Below are positions 55,035 through 64,000 of a stretch of DNA of 64,000 nt, piece after piece. The stretch covers positions 301-64,300 of the forward strand of contig NZ_DASYMU010000010.1 of NCBI RefSeq assembly GCF_036008905.1, given 5' to 3'. Position 1 is the stretch's first letter. Each line of letters begins with the position of its first letter. This DNA comes from Amycolatopsis sp. (lineage in GTDB: Bacteria > Actinomycetota > Actinomycetes > Mycobacteriales > Pseudonocardiaceae). The translations under genes and the position numbers were made by a program. Below the pieces are notes generated by a model that did not search any database, was not told where the DNA came from, and saw only the letters and a program-made list of their open reading frames with translations.

Positions 55035-56342
55035 ATGACACGGTGGACGAACTGGGCCGGTACGGCGACGGCCGTCCCGCAGCGTGTGCACAAACCACGC
55101 AGCACCCCCGAGCTCGCCGAAGTCGTCGCGAACGCGGCGGTCGAAGGCCGGAAAATCAGGCCCTGGGGCAGCGGACATTCGTTCACGCCCATCTGCGTCG
55201 CCGAGTCGGACGCCGTCGACCTGACGAATTGGACGGGGATCGCTTCCGCCGATGTCAGCACCGGCTTAGTGACCGTTCGGTCGGGAACCACGATCAAAGT
55301 TCTCAACGCAGAGCTCGATCACCTCGGCCTGGGTCTCATCAATCTGGGTGACATCGACGCGCAGACCGTCGCCGGCGCGATCTCGACCGGCACCCACGGC
55401 ACCGGCGCCCGGCTCGGCGGCCTCGCGACGCAGGTCGCCGCGCTGGAAATCGTCCTCGCCGACGGCTCCGTAACGCACTGCTCGGCCGACCACCGCCCCG
55501 ACCTTTTCGCCGCCGCCCGCGTCGGCCTGGGCGCGCTCGGCGTCATCTCGACGGTGACGCTGCAGTGCGAAAAGGCGTTTTGCCTGTCCGCGCAGGAGCG
55601 TCCGGAGCCGCTGGAACAGGTGCTCGAAAGCTTCGACGAACTCGCCGCGTCGAACGACCACTACGAGTTCTACTGGTTCCCGTACGGCAGCAACGCGCTG
55701 GTCAAGCAAAACAACCGGCTGCCAGCGGGCGCCGAATGTCAGCCGCTGAGCAAGGCACGGCAGTTCCTCGACTACGAGATCATGGAGAACGTCGCGTTCG
55801 GCAGTTTCTGCCGCATCGGCCGCGCGATGCCGCGCCTGGTGCAGCCGCTCGGACGCATCGCGTCGTCGAGCCTTTCGTCCCGTGACTACAGCGACGTGTC
55901 GCATCGCGTGTTCGTGACGCACCGAGCGGTCAAGTTCGTCGAGTCGGAATTCGCTGTTCCACGTGAATCACTGCACGACGTCCTCGCCGAACTGCGCGCG
56001 CTGGTGCCGACACTGGAAAACCCGGTGATGTTCCCGGTCGAGGTACGCGTCGCCGCGGCCGACGACATCTGGCTTTCCACGGCGAACGGGCGGGACTCAG
56101 CGTACATCGCGATCCACCAGTACGTCGGCATGCCGTACCGCGAGTACTTCGCGGGCTTCGCGTCGATCGTCGGCCAGGTCGGCGGGCGGCCGCACTGGGG
56201 CAAGATGCACGACCTCGACGCGTCGACCCTGCGCGAGCGCTACCCGCACTTCGACGACTTCCTGCAGGTCCGCAAGGAAGTCGACCCGGCAGGCGTTTTC
56301 ACCAACGCCTACCTGGACCAGGTGTTAGGTCCGGTCTCGTAG
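55035..56342 (+). CDS. FAD-linked D-arabinono-1,4-lactone/L-gulonolactone oxidase-family protein
   Basis: WTNWAG, GSGHSF (covalent FAD His), GAISTGTHGTG, FPVEVR, GRPHWGK. Confidence 0.92.
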   Translation: MTRWTNWAGTATAVPQRVHKPRSTPELAEVVANAAVEGRKIRPWGSGHSFTPICVAESDAVDLTNWTGIASADVSTGLVTVRSGTTIKVLNAELDHLGLGLINLGDIDAQTVAGAISTGTHGTGARLGGLATQVAALEIVLADGSVTHCSADHRPDLFAAARVGLGALGVISTVTLQCEKAFCLSAQERPEPLEQVLESFDELAASNDHYEFYWFPYGSNALVKQNNRLPAGAECQPLSKARQFLDYEIMENVAFGSFCRIGRAMPRLVQPLGRIASSSLSSRDYSDVSHRVFVTHRAVKFVESEFAVPRESLHDVLAELRALVPTLENPVMFPVEVRVAAADDIWLSTANGRDSAYIAIHQYVGMPYREYFAGFASIVGQVGGRPHWGKMHDLDASTLRERYPHFDDFLQVRKEVDPAGVFTNAYLDQVLGPVS

Positions 56343-56769
56343 GGCGAAGCCGCCTGATGACGTAGTAATTCGTCGCCACGACCAACAGCGTGATGACGCT
56401 GAATGTCAGGTACAAGCCGGTGAGCACGCCGAACTGCGTTGTGATCACCACGAGAACCGCACCGGAGACCAGGCCACACAGCAGGCCCATGATCCCCAGC
56501 GCGGACACCAACGCGCGAAGTCCACGCGCGCGGTTCTCGTCCAACGATCCGGTCGACACACACCTCGGTCCGCCGAGCACCGCGATGCCGATCACCAGCA
56601 GGCACAGGTCTACGGCCGCCGCGAGGACGATCACGACGGCCATCATCGGGTGCTGCTCCGCTACCGGAAGCTTGTTGCCGATCCACACGACCTGGAATCC
56701 GAGCATGACGCTGAGGAAGATCGAGATGATCCCCATCCCGCGACTTTCAGCTCGGATCTTCCGCAGCAT
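56299..56769 (-). CDS. Hypothetical 4-TM membrane protein
   Basis: Four hydrophobic segments; overlaps the oxidase 3' end by 44 bp. Confidence 0.6.
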   Translation of the reverse strand: MLRKIRAESRGMGIISIFLSVMLGFQVVWIGNKLPVAEQHPMMAVVIVLAAAVDLCLLVIGIAVLGGPRCVSTGSLDENRARGLRALVSALGIMGLLCGLVSGAVLVVITTQFGVLTGLYLTFSVITLLVVATNYYVIRRLRPTRPDLTPGPGRRW

Positions 56770-56879
56770 CCGAGGGGAAATCCAGCGGTAATCCGGCGAT
56801 TCGATGCCGCATCCTTAACGTTGTGACGTGAGCGCAGCTAGGTGGGTGGCTCGTGACCATAGGCAGTGCCGCGCGGGAT

Positions 56880-57530
56880 CTAGAGCTGCTGGGTGGCTTC
56901 TTCGATGGAGGCGTCGCCCGAGATGAGCTCGATGGTCCGCTTGATCGACTTCGGCGCGTTCAGCAACGCGACGACCACGGCCGCCACGTCGTCGCGCGGC
57001 ACGGGGCCGCGGCCGGTCTTGTCGGCGATCAGGACCTTGCCGGTGCCCGGGTCGTTCGTCAGGGCGCCCGGCCGGAGGATCGTCCAGTCCAGATCCCGCT
57101 CGCGCAGGTCGTCCTCGGCGGCCTTCTTCGCCTTGAGGTAGACCGCGAAGGTCGGGTCGAGGCCCGGGGCGTCCGGATTGTCCGCACCCATCGAGCCGAT
57201 CTGGATGTGCCGCCTGACCCCGGCCTGCTCGGCAGCCGCGGCGAAGAGTGCGGCTGCGGCGCGGTCCACAGTGTCCTTGCGTTCGGTTCCGCTGCCCGGG
57301 CCGGCGCCGGCGGCGAAGACCGCGGCATCCGCTCCCGAAAGGACAGCGGCGACCGTGTCCACATCGGACTGCTCGAGGTCGAGCACCACCGGCTCGGCCT
57401 TCAACGCTTCGAGCTTGCCCGTCTGCTCGGGCTTCCGGATGATCCCGACCGCCTGATCACCGCGCTCGGCGAGCAACTTCTCCAGCCGAAGCGCGATCTG
57501 ACCATGTCCACCTGCAATAACGACTCGCAT
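56880..57530 (-). CDS. Atypical SDR / NAD(P)-binding protein
   Basis: IAGGHGQIA, FAAGAGPGSG, WTILRPG. Confidence 0.9.
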   Translation of the reverse strand: MRVVIAGGHGQIALRLEKLLAERGDQAVGIIRKPEQTGKLEALKAEPVVLDLEQSDVDTVAAVLSGADAAVFAAGAGPGSGTERKDTVDRAAAALFAAAAEQAGVRRHIQIGSMGADNPDAPGLDPTFAVYLKAKKAAEDDLRERDLDWTILRPGALTNDPGTGKVLIADKTGRGPVPRDDVAAVVVALLNAPKSIKRTIELISGDASIEEATQQL

Positions 57531-57548
57531 ACAGCGAGCCTAACCCCA

Positions 57549-58229
57549 TCAGTCGACGTCGGCAGGGACCTCGGTGACGGCGAGCAGGTGCTCGTAGACC
57601 ATCTCGTTCATCCAGCGCGAGATCGGGTCCTCGTCGAGGAGGATGCGCTCGGTGCGGCCCTCGAGGTCGAGGTCGATCATCGCGTTCGGGTCGGCGGTCA
57701 CCACGGCGAGGCCGTACGCACGGGCGCGCGGCAGACAGTTGACGACGTAATCCTCTGTCAGTACGGCGGGCGACGGCAGCACCATCGCGGCCTCCCCGTA
57801 CCGGGCGAACGGAACCGCGGAGGCCATCGCGGTGCGCCAGTGCCGGCCGACCGCGATGACGCCGATGATCTCGGCGGCAGCCGCGGGTGCGGTTCCAGCG
57901 AACTCTGGCCAAGTCCAGGTGTCGACGGTGGCGCGATCGGCGACCGGGCCGAAGCCCATCGCGATGCGCTCCGCGTGCACGTCGGTACGGAGCTTCGCGA
58001 CCACGCAGACCTTCCGGCCGAGCATGGCCATCTCCGGCAGCACGACGCCGTCCCACCCGAGAAGGGCGGCGGCTTCGCGAGCCAGCTCGTCGACGGACGC
58101 GGGCAGCTCGAGTGGCGGCACCACACGACTCGGCAGCGACCGGCTGTTCTTGGTTCCGCCGGTCACCGCGATGTTGTGAGGTGTTGGTGTAGCCGCCACG
58201 AGTCCGCCTCCTTCAAATTCCTGAACCAC
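57549..58229 (-). CDS. Hypothetical protein
   Basis: About 215-226 aa ORF with protein-like composition; start uncertain (GTG near 58199 after AGGAGG). Confidence 0.7.
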   Translation of the reverse strand: MVQEFEGGGLVAATPTPHNIAVTGGTKNSRSLPSRVVPPLELPASVDELAREAAALLGWDGVVLPEMAMLGRKVCVVAKLRTDVHAERIAMGFGPVADRATVDTWTWPEFAGTAPAAAAEIIGVIAVGRHWRTAMASAVPFARYGEAAMVLPSPAVLTEDYVVNCLPRARAYGLAVVTADPNAMIDLDLEGRTERILLDEDPISRWMNEMVYEHLLAVTEVPADVD

Positions 58230-58631
58230 TGTGTTGAAGCTGTGTGCTCGGTAAAAGCTGTGCTCCTGATCCCCCCGGAAAGGGGCACATGACTTTGGTA
58301 CCAGTGCGACAAGGCGTGGTCGCCGGGTAACGAGAGTGGCTGCGATCGGCGGACGTCCTCGGTCGGTGACCGGTCGACGAGCGGTTGGGGACTTCAGCCC
58401 GACCGTGCCGCCGTACGGGTGAGACGAAGCTGAACGGTCCGCCGCAGGTCGGCGCGGGTGGCCCGGATCACGTCCACGGCAAAGGAACCAAGCGGTTGCG
58501 CCGAACAGCCTAATATCGACGTGAATCCACAGTGGACGTCACCGGTCCGGGGTGACGTTCACCGCAGCGGGTGTCGTACTGCCGGGTTTAGGGTTACTGA
58601 CCAGTCACATGTCGCTTGCGATGGAGGATCG

Positions 58632-59696
58632 ATGCGCTCGCCGAAGGACTTCTTCGCCCCGCTGGCCCTCGGGGCACCGGAACCGCTCCGCGAAATTCCC
58701 GTGCCGCCGTCGAGGATGATCCACTTCTTCGACCCGAGCAACGAGAAGATGGCGGCGAAGGCACCGGACATCGCGAAGAAGGTCGATGTCCTGCTCGGGA
58801 ACCTCGAGGACGCCGTGCGCGCCGACCGCAAGGAAGCCGCGCGCGACGGGCTGGTGGCGATCGCCAAGGCCAACGACTTCGGCAAGACGCAGCTGTGGAC
58901 CCGCATCAACAGCCTCGACTCGCCGTGGGCGCTCGACGACCTGATCACGCTCGTCACGGAGATCGGCGACAAGCTCGACGTCATCATGGTGCCGAAGGTC
59001 GAAGGCGCCCAGGACATCCACTACGTCGACCGCCTGCTGGCGCAGCTCGAAGCGCGCGCCGGGCTCACGAAACCGTTGCTGGTGCACGCGATCCTGGAGA
59101 CCGCGAGCGGTGTCGCGAACGTCGAGGAGATCGCCGGCGCGAGCCCGCGGATGCAGGGAATTTCGCTCGGCCCGGCCGACCTCGCCGCGAGCCGCCGGAT
59201 GAAGACCACCCGCGTGGGTGGCGGCCACCCGGGTTATCTGGTGCGTACCGACCCCGTCGGCGAGGACATCAACGAAGGCCGCACGACCTACCAGCAGGAC
59301 CTGTGGCACTACACCGTCGCGCGCATGGTCGACGCCTGCGCGGCGCACGGAATCCTGCCGTACTACGGGCCGTTCGGGGACATCCGCGACGTCGTCGGCT
59401 GCGAAGACCAGTTCCGCAACGCGTTCATCCTCGGCTGCGTCGGCGCGTGGAGCCTGCACCCGGTGCAGATCGACATCGCGAAGAGGGTTTTCTCGCCCGC
59501 GCCTGAAGAAGTCGCCTGGGCCCGCAAGGTGATCAAGGCCATGGGCGACGGCACCGGTGCGGTGATGCTCGATGGCAAGATGCAGGATGACGCTTCCTAT
59601 AAGCAATGTCTCGTCGTGGCGGAGCTGGCCGACGCGCTCGCCGAGGACGACCCCGAACTCGCCAAGGCGTATGCCGACGCGTCCACGGAGGACTGA
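58632..59696 (+). CDS. mcl: Malyl-CoA/beta-methylmalyl-CoA/citramalyl-CoA lyase (Chloroflexus-type, CitE fold)
   Basis: [69 protein letters not shown]; closely resembles Chloroflexus Mcl as remembered. Confidence 0.82.
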   Translation: MRSPKDFFAPLALGAPEPLREIPVPPSRMIHFFDPSNEKMAAKAPDIAKKVDVLLGNLEDAVRADRKEAARDGLVAIAKANDFGKTQLWTRINSLDSPWALDDLITLVTEIGDKLDVIMVPKVEGAQDIHYVDRLLAQLEARAGLTKPLLVHAILETASGVANVEEIAGASPRMQGISLGPADLAASRRMKTTRVGGGHPGYLVRTDPVGEDINEGRTTYQQDLWHYTVARMVDACAAHGILPYYGPFGDIRDVVGCEDQFRNAFILGCVGAWSLHPVQIDIAKRVFSPAPEEVAWARKVIKAMGDGTGAVMLDGKMQDDASYKQCLVVAELADALAEDDPELAKAYADASTED

Positions 59697-59698
59697 TC

Positions 59699-60571
59699 AT
59701 GACCGAGTTGAGACCACGCCGTTCCGTCCTCTACATGCCCGGCGCGAACGAACGTGCGTTGGAGAAGGCCAAAACCCTCGACGCCGACGCGCTGATCTTC
59801 GACCTCGAAGACGCCGTCTCCCCGGACGCCAAGGAAACCGCCCGCGAACGCGTCTGCGCCGCCGCGGCCTCCGGCGACTACGGCCGTCGTGAGGTGACCA
59901 TCCGCGTCAACGGCATCGACACCGGCTGGCACGACGCCGACCTCCGCGCCGCCGCCCAAGCCGGGCCGGCCGCCGTCGTGGTGCCCAAGGTGAACTCGGC
60001 GCGCGAGGTGAACAACATCGAGCGCGCGCTGGAACTCGGCGGCGCGCCGGACCACATGAAGATCTGGGCGATGCTCGAAACCCCGGTCGCGATGCTGCAC
60101 GCGGAGGAAATCGCCGCCGCCAGCGAGCGGTTGACCGTGTTGGTGATGGGGACGAACGATCTCGCGAAGGAGCTGTACGCGGAGTTCGTGCCAGGGCGCG
60201 CGCCGTTGATGGGCGGGTTGTCGCTGGCGCTGCTGGCCGCGCGGGCGACCGGGAAGGTGATCCTCGATGGCGTGTACAACGACGTCAAGGATCTTGAGGG
60301 GTTCGAGGCGGAATGCTTGCAGGGCAGGCAATACGGCTTCGACGGGAAGACGTTGATCCATCCTGGGCAGCTCGAGGCGTGCAACCGGCTGTTCGCGCCT
60401 TCGGCGGAGGAGATCGAGCGGTCGCGGCGGATCATCGAGGCGTTCACCCAGGCTCAGGTGGAGGGTCGCGGAGTGGTCACTGTGGACGGTCGGATGATCG
60501 AGAATCTCCACGTCGACAACGCGAAGCGGATCCTCGCGCTGGCCGAGGCGATCGGCAATGCCTCGGACTAG
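59699..60571 (+). CDS. mcl2: CitE-fold CoA ester lyase, (3S)-malyl-CoA thioesterase-like
   Basis: RRSVLYMPG..RALEKA, FDLEDAV, WAMLET, MGTNDLAKEL, DGVYN, FDGKTLIHP, GRMIENLH; resembles Rhodobacter Mcl2 as remembered. Confidence 0.72.
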   Translation: MTELRPRRSVLYMPGANERALEKAKTLDADALIFDLEDAVSPDAKETARERVCAAAASGDYGRREVTIRVNGIDTGWHDADLRAAAQAGPAAVVVPKVNSAREVNNIERALELGGAPDHMKIWAMLETPVAMLHAEEIAAASERLTVLVMGTNDLAKELYAEFVPGRAPLMGGLSLALLAARATGKVILDGVYNDVKDLEGFEAECLQGRQYGFDGKTLIHPGQLEACNRLFAPSAEEIERSRRIIEAFTQAQVEGRGVVTVDGRMIENLHVDNAKRILALAEAIGNASD

Positions 60572-60575
60572 TGAC

Positions 60576-60599
60576 TCGCCATCTGTCGACAGATGGCGA
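60576..60599. repeat. Perfect loopless 24-bp palindrome
   Basis: TCGCCATCTGTC|GACAGATGGCGA immediately after the stop codon. Confidence 0.88.
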
Positions 60600-60664
60600 C
60601 CAGGTGAGACCCTGGATTGCACTCGGGTGTGCGCAGATCGCGCTTGAGCGTGCACAGGCTGCGG

Positions 60665-62515
60665 CTAGGGGCGGGTGCTTAGGCGGACTAGGGCGTTTCG
60701 GGCGGCGGTGGCGACGACTTGGTCTTCGTGGCCGGTGGCGATGGATTCGAGGACTTTGGCGGCGCGGGGGTGGCCGGCGGAGGGGATTTCCTCGAGGAGT
60801 TCGAGTTGGGCCTCGCGGGATTGGAGGGCGAACTCGGCGACGGTTTCGTCCGGGACGGCGGCGAGGGCGTCGAGCATGCCGAAGACGACTTCGCGGCGGC
60901 TGAGTTCGTCGCCGGCGAGGACGCCGGCGCTGACGAGCCAGCCGGCGGCGGACGGGCCCGCCATGGAGTGGTTTCGCAGGTCGAGCATCGCGGCGATGCC
61001 TTCCTCGCCGCAGTTGCTCAGGAGCCGCAGCGCGACCATGCGGTGGCCGGAGTCGTCGGTGCGGGCGGCGAGCGCGCGCAGTTCGGCGCAGGCCTGGGTG
61101 ACGCTGCGCGCGGCGAGCCAGCCCGCGACGCCCTTGTCGAAGGTCTCCTGCGCCATCTCGGCGAGCCTCGCGACGAGGACTTCGGCGGTCTCGTCGACCA
61201 GCTGCCCGACGGTCGTGACGGCGGCGCCGCTTTCGGCGAACAAGTCCCGCACCGCGCGCTGGCCCAGCGGCAGCAGCGCGAAGATCTGCCGGGTGAAGTT
61301 GTTGACGCTGAGGCTCTCCTCCAGCATGAACTCTTCGAGGTCGAGCAGCTCTTCGCCGGTCGCCTCACGCAGTTCCAGCAGGCCGAAGTCGGCCAGCAGC
61401 TGCGCTTCCCTGTCGAGGCTGAAGTCGGTGACCGGATTGAGCGAAGTCTCCTGCAACATGGTGAGCAGGATCGGCGCGGGCAGCGGGATCGGGGACGTGA
61501 ACAGGCCCGCGAGAATCGGGAACACCATGTCGTCCTCGACCGGGTACAAGCTGTAGAGCGGCGCTTCGAGCAGGTCCATCCGGTCGAACGCGGCTTCCCA
61601 CAGCTTCAGCGGGTCGGCCAGCAGTTTGGCCGCGCTCTTCACCTTCAGCAGCCGTCCTTTCGCGACCCGCGCGATCCGGATCGTCTTGGCCAGCTCGAAA
61701 ATCCCGGAGACGCCCATCAGCCGTTCGCTGGTCCGCGTGTGGTCGCGATCGAACACATCGCGCGTGCCCAGCAAGGTGATGAGTTCGCGGGCGTCGGCGA
61801 GCTTGAGGTTGCCCTTGGTCGTGAGCGCACGGCCTTCGCCGATCCAGTCCACGAAATCACGCAGCTGAGTGCTGATTTTGGTGTCGGCGGCCAGCTCGCG
61901 CTGTTCTTCCTCGGACGGCAGGTCGAACACCGCCGACGGCGCCTGGGGCGGAAGGTCCGGATCGCCCTCTTGGTGCCGCTCGGCGATCACCGCGAGGACG
62001 GCGTCGTCGACCGCGATGCGGCCGCCGCGGACCTCGTCGATGAACGCGCTCGCCGCGTCCTGATCCTCCGGGTCGACGCCGCTTTCCAGCATCTTCGTGG
62101 CCCAGAACTTGGCCATGCCGTAGTTCTCGGGCTGCCGCATCGCGGCGAAGAAGTCAGGGCTGAGCTCGCGCAGAATCTCCCGCAGCGTGCCGATCGGCTC
62201 ACTGCGCTCGTCGAGCAGGTCGCTGTCGTCGAGGAAGTCGAGGAACGCCTCGACGGTCTCCATCACGGTGACGTGCTCGGCTTCGGCCAGCGTCACGCGC
62301 CGCGGGAACCAGGTCAGCAACAGGCTGCGCAACGCGGGCGCGGTCCAGCGCCCCAGCAGCCCGTCGGTTTCGAACCGCTGGTTGAGCACCGCGTCCACGA
62401 CGAACAGGTGCACGGTCCGTTCGCGCGTTTCCGACCACGCCTCGAACTCCGCCAGCACCCGCTGGGCGACTTCGGCGAACTCCTCGGGGTCCGCGCCCGT
62501 GAACACCATCCGCAT
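60665..62515 (-). CDS. Acidic helical hypothetical protein (616 aa)
   Basis: LTTKGNLKLADARELI motif, HEAT-like C-terminus; high-GC3 codon pattern on this frame. Confidence 0.75.
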   Translation of the reverse strand: MRMVFTGADPEEFAEVAQRVLAEFEAWSETRERTVHLFVVDAVLNQRFETDGLLGRWTAPALRSLLLTWFPRRVTLAEAEHVTVMETVEAFLDFLDDSDLLDERSEPIGTLREILRELSPDFFAAMRQPENYGMAKFWATKMLESGVDPEDQDAASAFIDEVRGGRIAVDDAVLAVIAERHQEGDPDLPPQAPSAVFDLPSEEEQRELAADTKISTQLRDFVDWIGEGRALTTKGNLKLADARELITLLGTRDVFDRDHTRTSERLMGVSGIFELAKTIRIARVAKGRLLKVKSAAKLLADPLKLWEAAFDRMDLLEAPLYSLYPVEDDMVFPILAGLFTSPIPLPAPILLTMLQETSLNPVTDFSLDREAQLLADFGLLELREATGEELLDLEEFMLEESLSVNNFTRQIFALLPLGQRAVRDLFAESGAAVTTVGQLVDETAEVLVARLAEMAQETFDKGVAGWLAARSVTQACAELRALAARTDDSGHRMVALRLLSNCGEEGIAAMLDLRNHSMAGPSAAGWLVSAGVLAGDELSRREVVFGMLDALAAVPDETVAEFALQSREAQLELLEEIPSAGHPRAAKVLESIATGHEDQVVATAARNALVRLSTRP

Positions 62516-62551
62516 GGGCCCACCCTTCCACGGGTCAGGGTCTCAACACGG

Positions 62552-63922
62552 TCAAGGCCAGGGAAGTTGGGCCGGTCGTACCCGTTCGAATGCCGCCGCA
62601 AGGCGGAGTACACCAAGATCATCAAAGCGTCGACCAGCTATTTGTAGCCCGACCGGTTGATTTTCACCCGTATAGCCGCAGTTCACCGACACCGCCGGCT
62701 GGCCGGACATGTTGTAGGGCACGGTGAACGCGATGTGCTCGAACGGGCGTTGCGGGTCGTTTGTCGGCGATGGGTGTTCCGCGGGCGGCGCGGACACCGG
62801 ACACACCGGCGAGAGCACGAAATCGAACGGTCCGGTGGCCTTCAGCGCGGCCACGCTGATGGCGTCGATCTGCGCGAAACCGGTGTACGTGTCGAGGCCC
62901 GAGATCCCGGCGCCGCTGGTGGCCCACTCGGCGATGTACGGCAGGACCTGTCGACGTCGCTCTTCCGGCACCTTCGAGAGGTCCGACCACGCGCGGACGC
63001 GCCAGAACCGGTCCAGTCCATCGAGCATTTCCCTGGTCAGGAACGGTTCGACCGGTTCAATCACCGCGCCGGCGGCTTCGAGCAACCGAGCCGCTTCGAC
63101 GACGGCCGCGCGGATCTCCGGCTCGACGTCCAGGCCCACGCCCGGATCGAGCTGCAGTCCTATCCGGACCCCGGCCAGGTCGACGTCGAGCGCGTCCCAC
63201 GTGATGTCCTCGGGCGGCAGGCTCAGCTGGTCGCGCGGGTCGGGGCGCGAAAGGACACTCATGAACAGCGCGGTGTCGGCGACCGTGCGGGTCATCGGCC
63301 CGGCGGCGCGGCCGAGGAACGGCGGGTCGACCGGTACGCGGCCGAAACTGGGCTTGAGGCCGACCAGTCCGCACCACCCGGCCGGCAGCCGGATCGAGCC
63401 GCCGATATCGGTGCCGACGTGCAGCGGGCCGTACCCGACAGCGGCGGCCACCGCCGCGCCCGCGCTGGAACCACCGGGCGTGCGCGTGGTGTCCCAAGGG
63501 TTCCTGGCGGCGGTGTGGAAGCTCGACAGGCCGGAGGTGAGCATGCCGTAGTCGGGCATCGTCGTCTTGGCCAGCAGGACACCGCCGGACTCGTGGACGC
63601 GAGCTGCGGCGGGAGCATCGGCATCGGCCGGGATCAGCTCGGTGCCCGCGGTGCCCAGCGGCACGGGCGTGCCGCGGGTGGCGATGTTCTCCTTGAGCGT
63701 CAACGGGATTCCGTCGATCGGTCCGAGTGGTTCGCCGCTCCGCCAGCGCGCCTCGGACGCCTTCGCTTCGGCGCGTGCGCTTGCCGGGTCGAACGCGTAC
63801 AGCGCGTGCAGCGTCGGTTCGAGCGCTTCGATCCTGGTGATCGCGTTCTCGGTGGCTTCGACCGGCGACAACGTGCCCGTCCGGTACGCAGCGATCAGCT
63901 CGACCGCGCTCAAATCCGGCAT
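62552..63922 (-). CDS. Amidase signature family protein
   Basis: LKENI, KTTMPDYG, TPGGSSAGAA, GTDIGGSIRLPA, GLKPS. Confidence 0.93.
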   Translation of the reverse strand: MPDLSAVELIAAYRTGTLSPVEATENAITRIEALEPTLHALYAFDPASARAEAKASEARWRSGEPLGPIDGIPLTLKENIATRGTPVPLGTAGTELIPADADAPAAARVHESGGVLLAKTTMPDYGMLTSGLSSFHTAARNPWDTTRTPGGSSAGAAVAAAVGYGPLHVGTDIGGSIRLPAGWCGLVGLKPSFGRVPVDPPFLGRAAGPMTRTVADTALFMSVLSRPDPRDQLSLPPEDITWDALDVDLAGVRIGLQLDPGVGLDVEPEIRAAVVEAARLLEAAGAVIEPVEPFLTREMLDGLDRFWRVRAWSDLSKVPEERRRQVLPYIAEWATSGAGISGLDTYTGFAQIDAISVAALKATGPFDFVLSPVCPVSAPPAEHPSPTNDPQRPFEHIAFTVPYNMSGQPAVSVNCGYTGENQPVGLQIAGRRFDDLGVLRLAAAFERVRPAQLPWP

Positions 63923-64000
63923 CTCAACTTCCCTCACTTTCGCCACTTCGTTCACATCAGCCTCAAAACGGGCCCAAAAACTTCAGAACATGTCGACATA

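Overview
High-GC (visually about 70%) actinobacterial chromosome segment. Gene content and intergenic palindromes suggest Pseudonocardiaceae, Amycolatopsis-like (inference). About 62 CDS, one tRNA-Gly(GCC) and one multiply deleted phospholipase C pseudogene. No CRISPR array, rRNA, integrase or transposase was found. Blocks in order: (1) two sodium:solute symporter/DUF485-like modules with a LytS/LytTR two-component system whose genes are split by a GH16-CBM6 glucanase and an S49 peptidase; (2) Fpg/Nei glycosylase, a membrane-anchored zinc-finger ECF sigma factor, tRNA-Gly and a variable tRNA-adjacent patch (plc remnant, orphan Imm7, DUF2716, GAF-ANTAR); (3) a cell-surface glycan locus with an Ig-inserted methyltransferase, two paralogous Pro-rich membrane proteins, a 1241-aa GT + GT4 + coiled-coil + FkbM methyltransferase fusion and an acyltransferase; (4) NarL-type TCS, a 26-aa sORF, XRE-MmyB/MFS, ECF/VOC, PhyH, ggt, ugd, SDR and a TM0106 nuclease; (5) osmoprotectant ABC transporter and ycnI-copC-copD copper cluster; (6) XRE-TPR regulator with an APH-like kinase and divergent small genes, plus an XRE-DUF5753/DUF397 pair; (7) MFS, GH1, TetR, DSD1-type PLP enzyme and FAD lactone oxidase; (8) Chloroflexus-type malyl-CoA lyase with a malyl-CoA thioesterase, and an amidase. 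The strongest candidate for an undescribed system is the single-polypeptide polymerase/ruler/methyl-terminator glycan enzyme and its neighbours. All product calls come from motif recognition by eye; no database searches were run. Several start codons were adjusted from the ORF track using RBS position.
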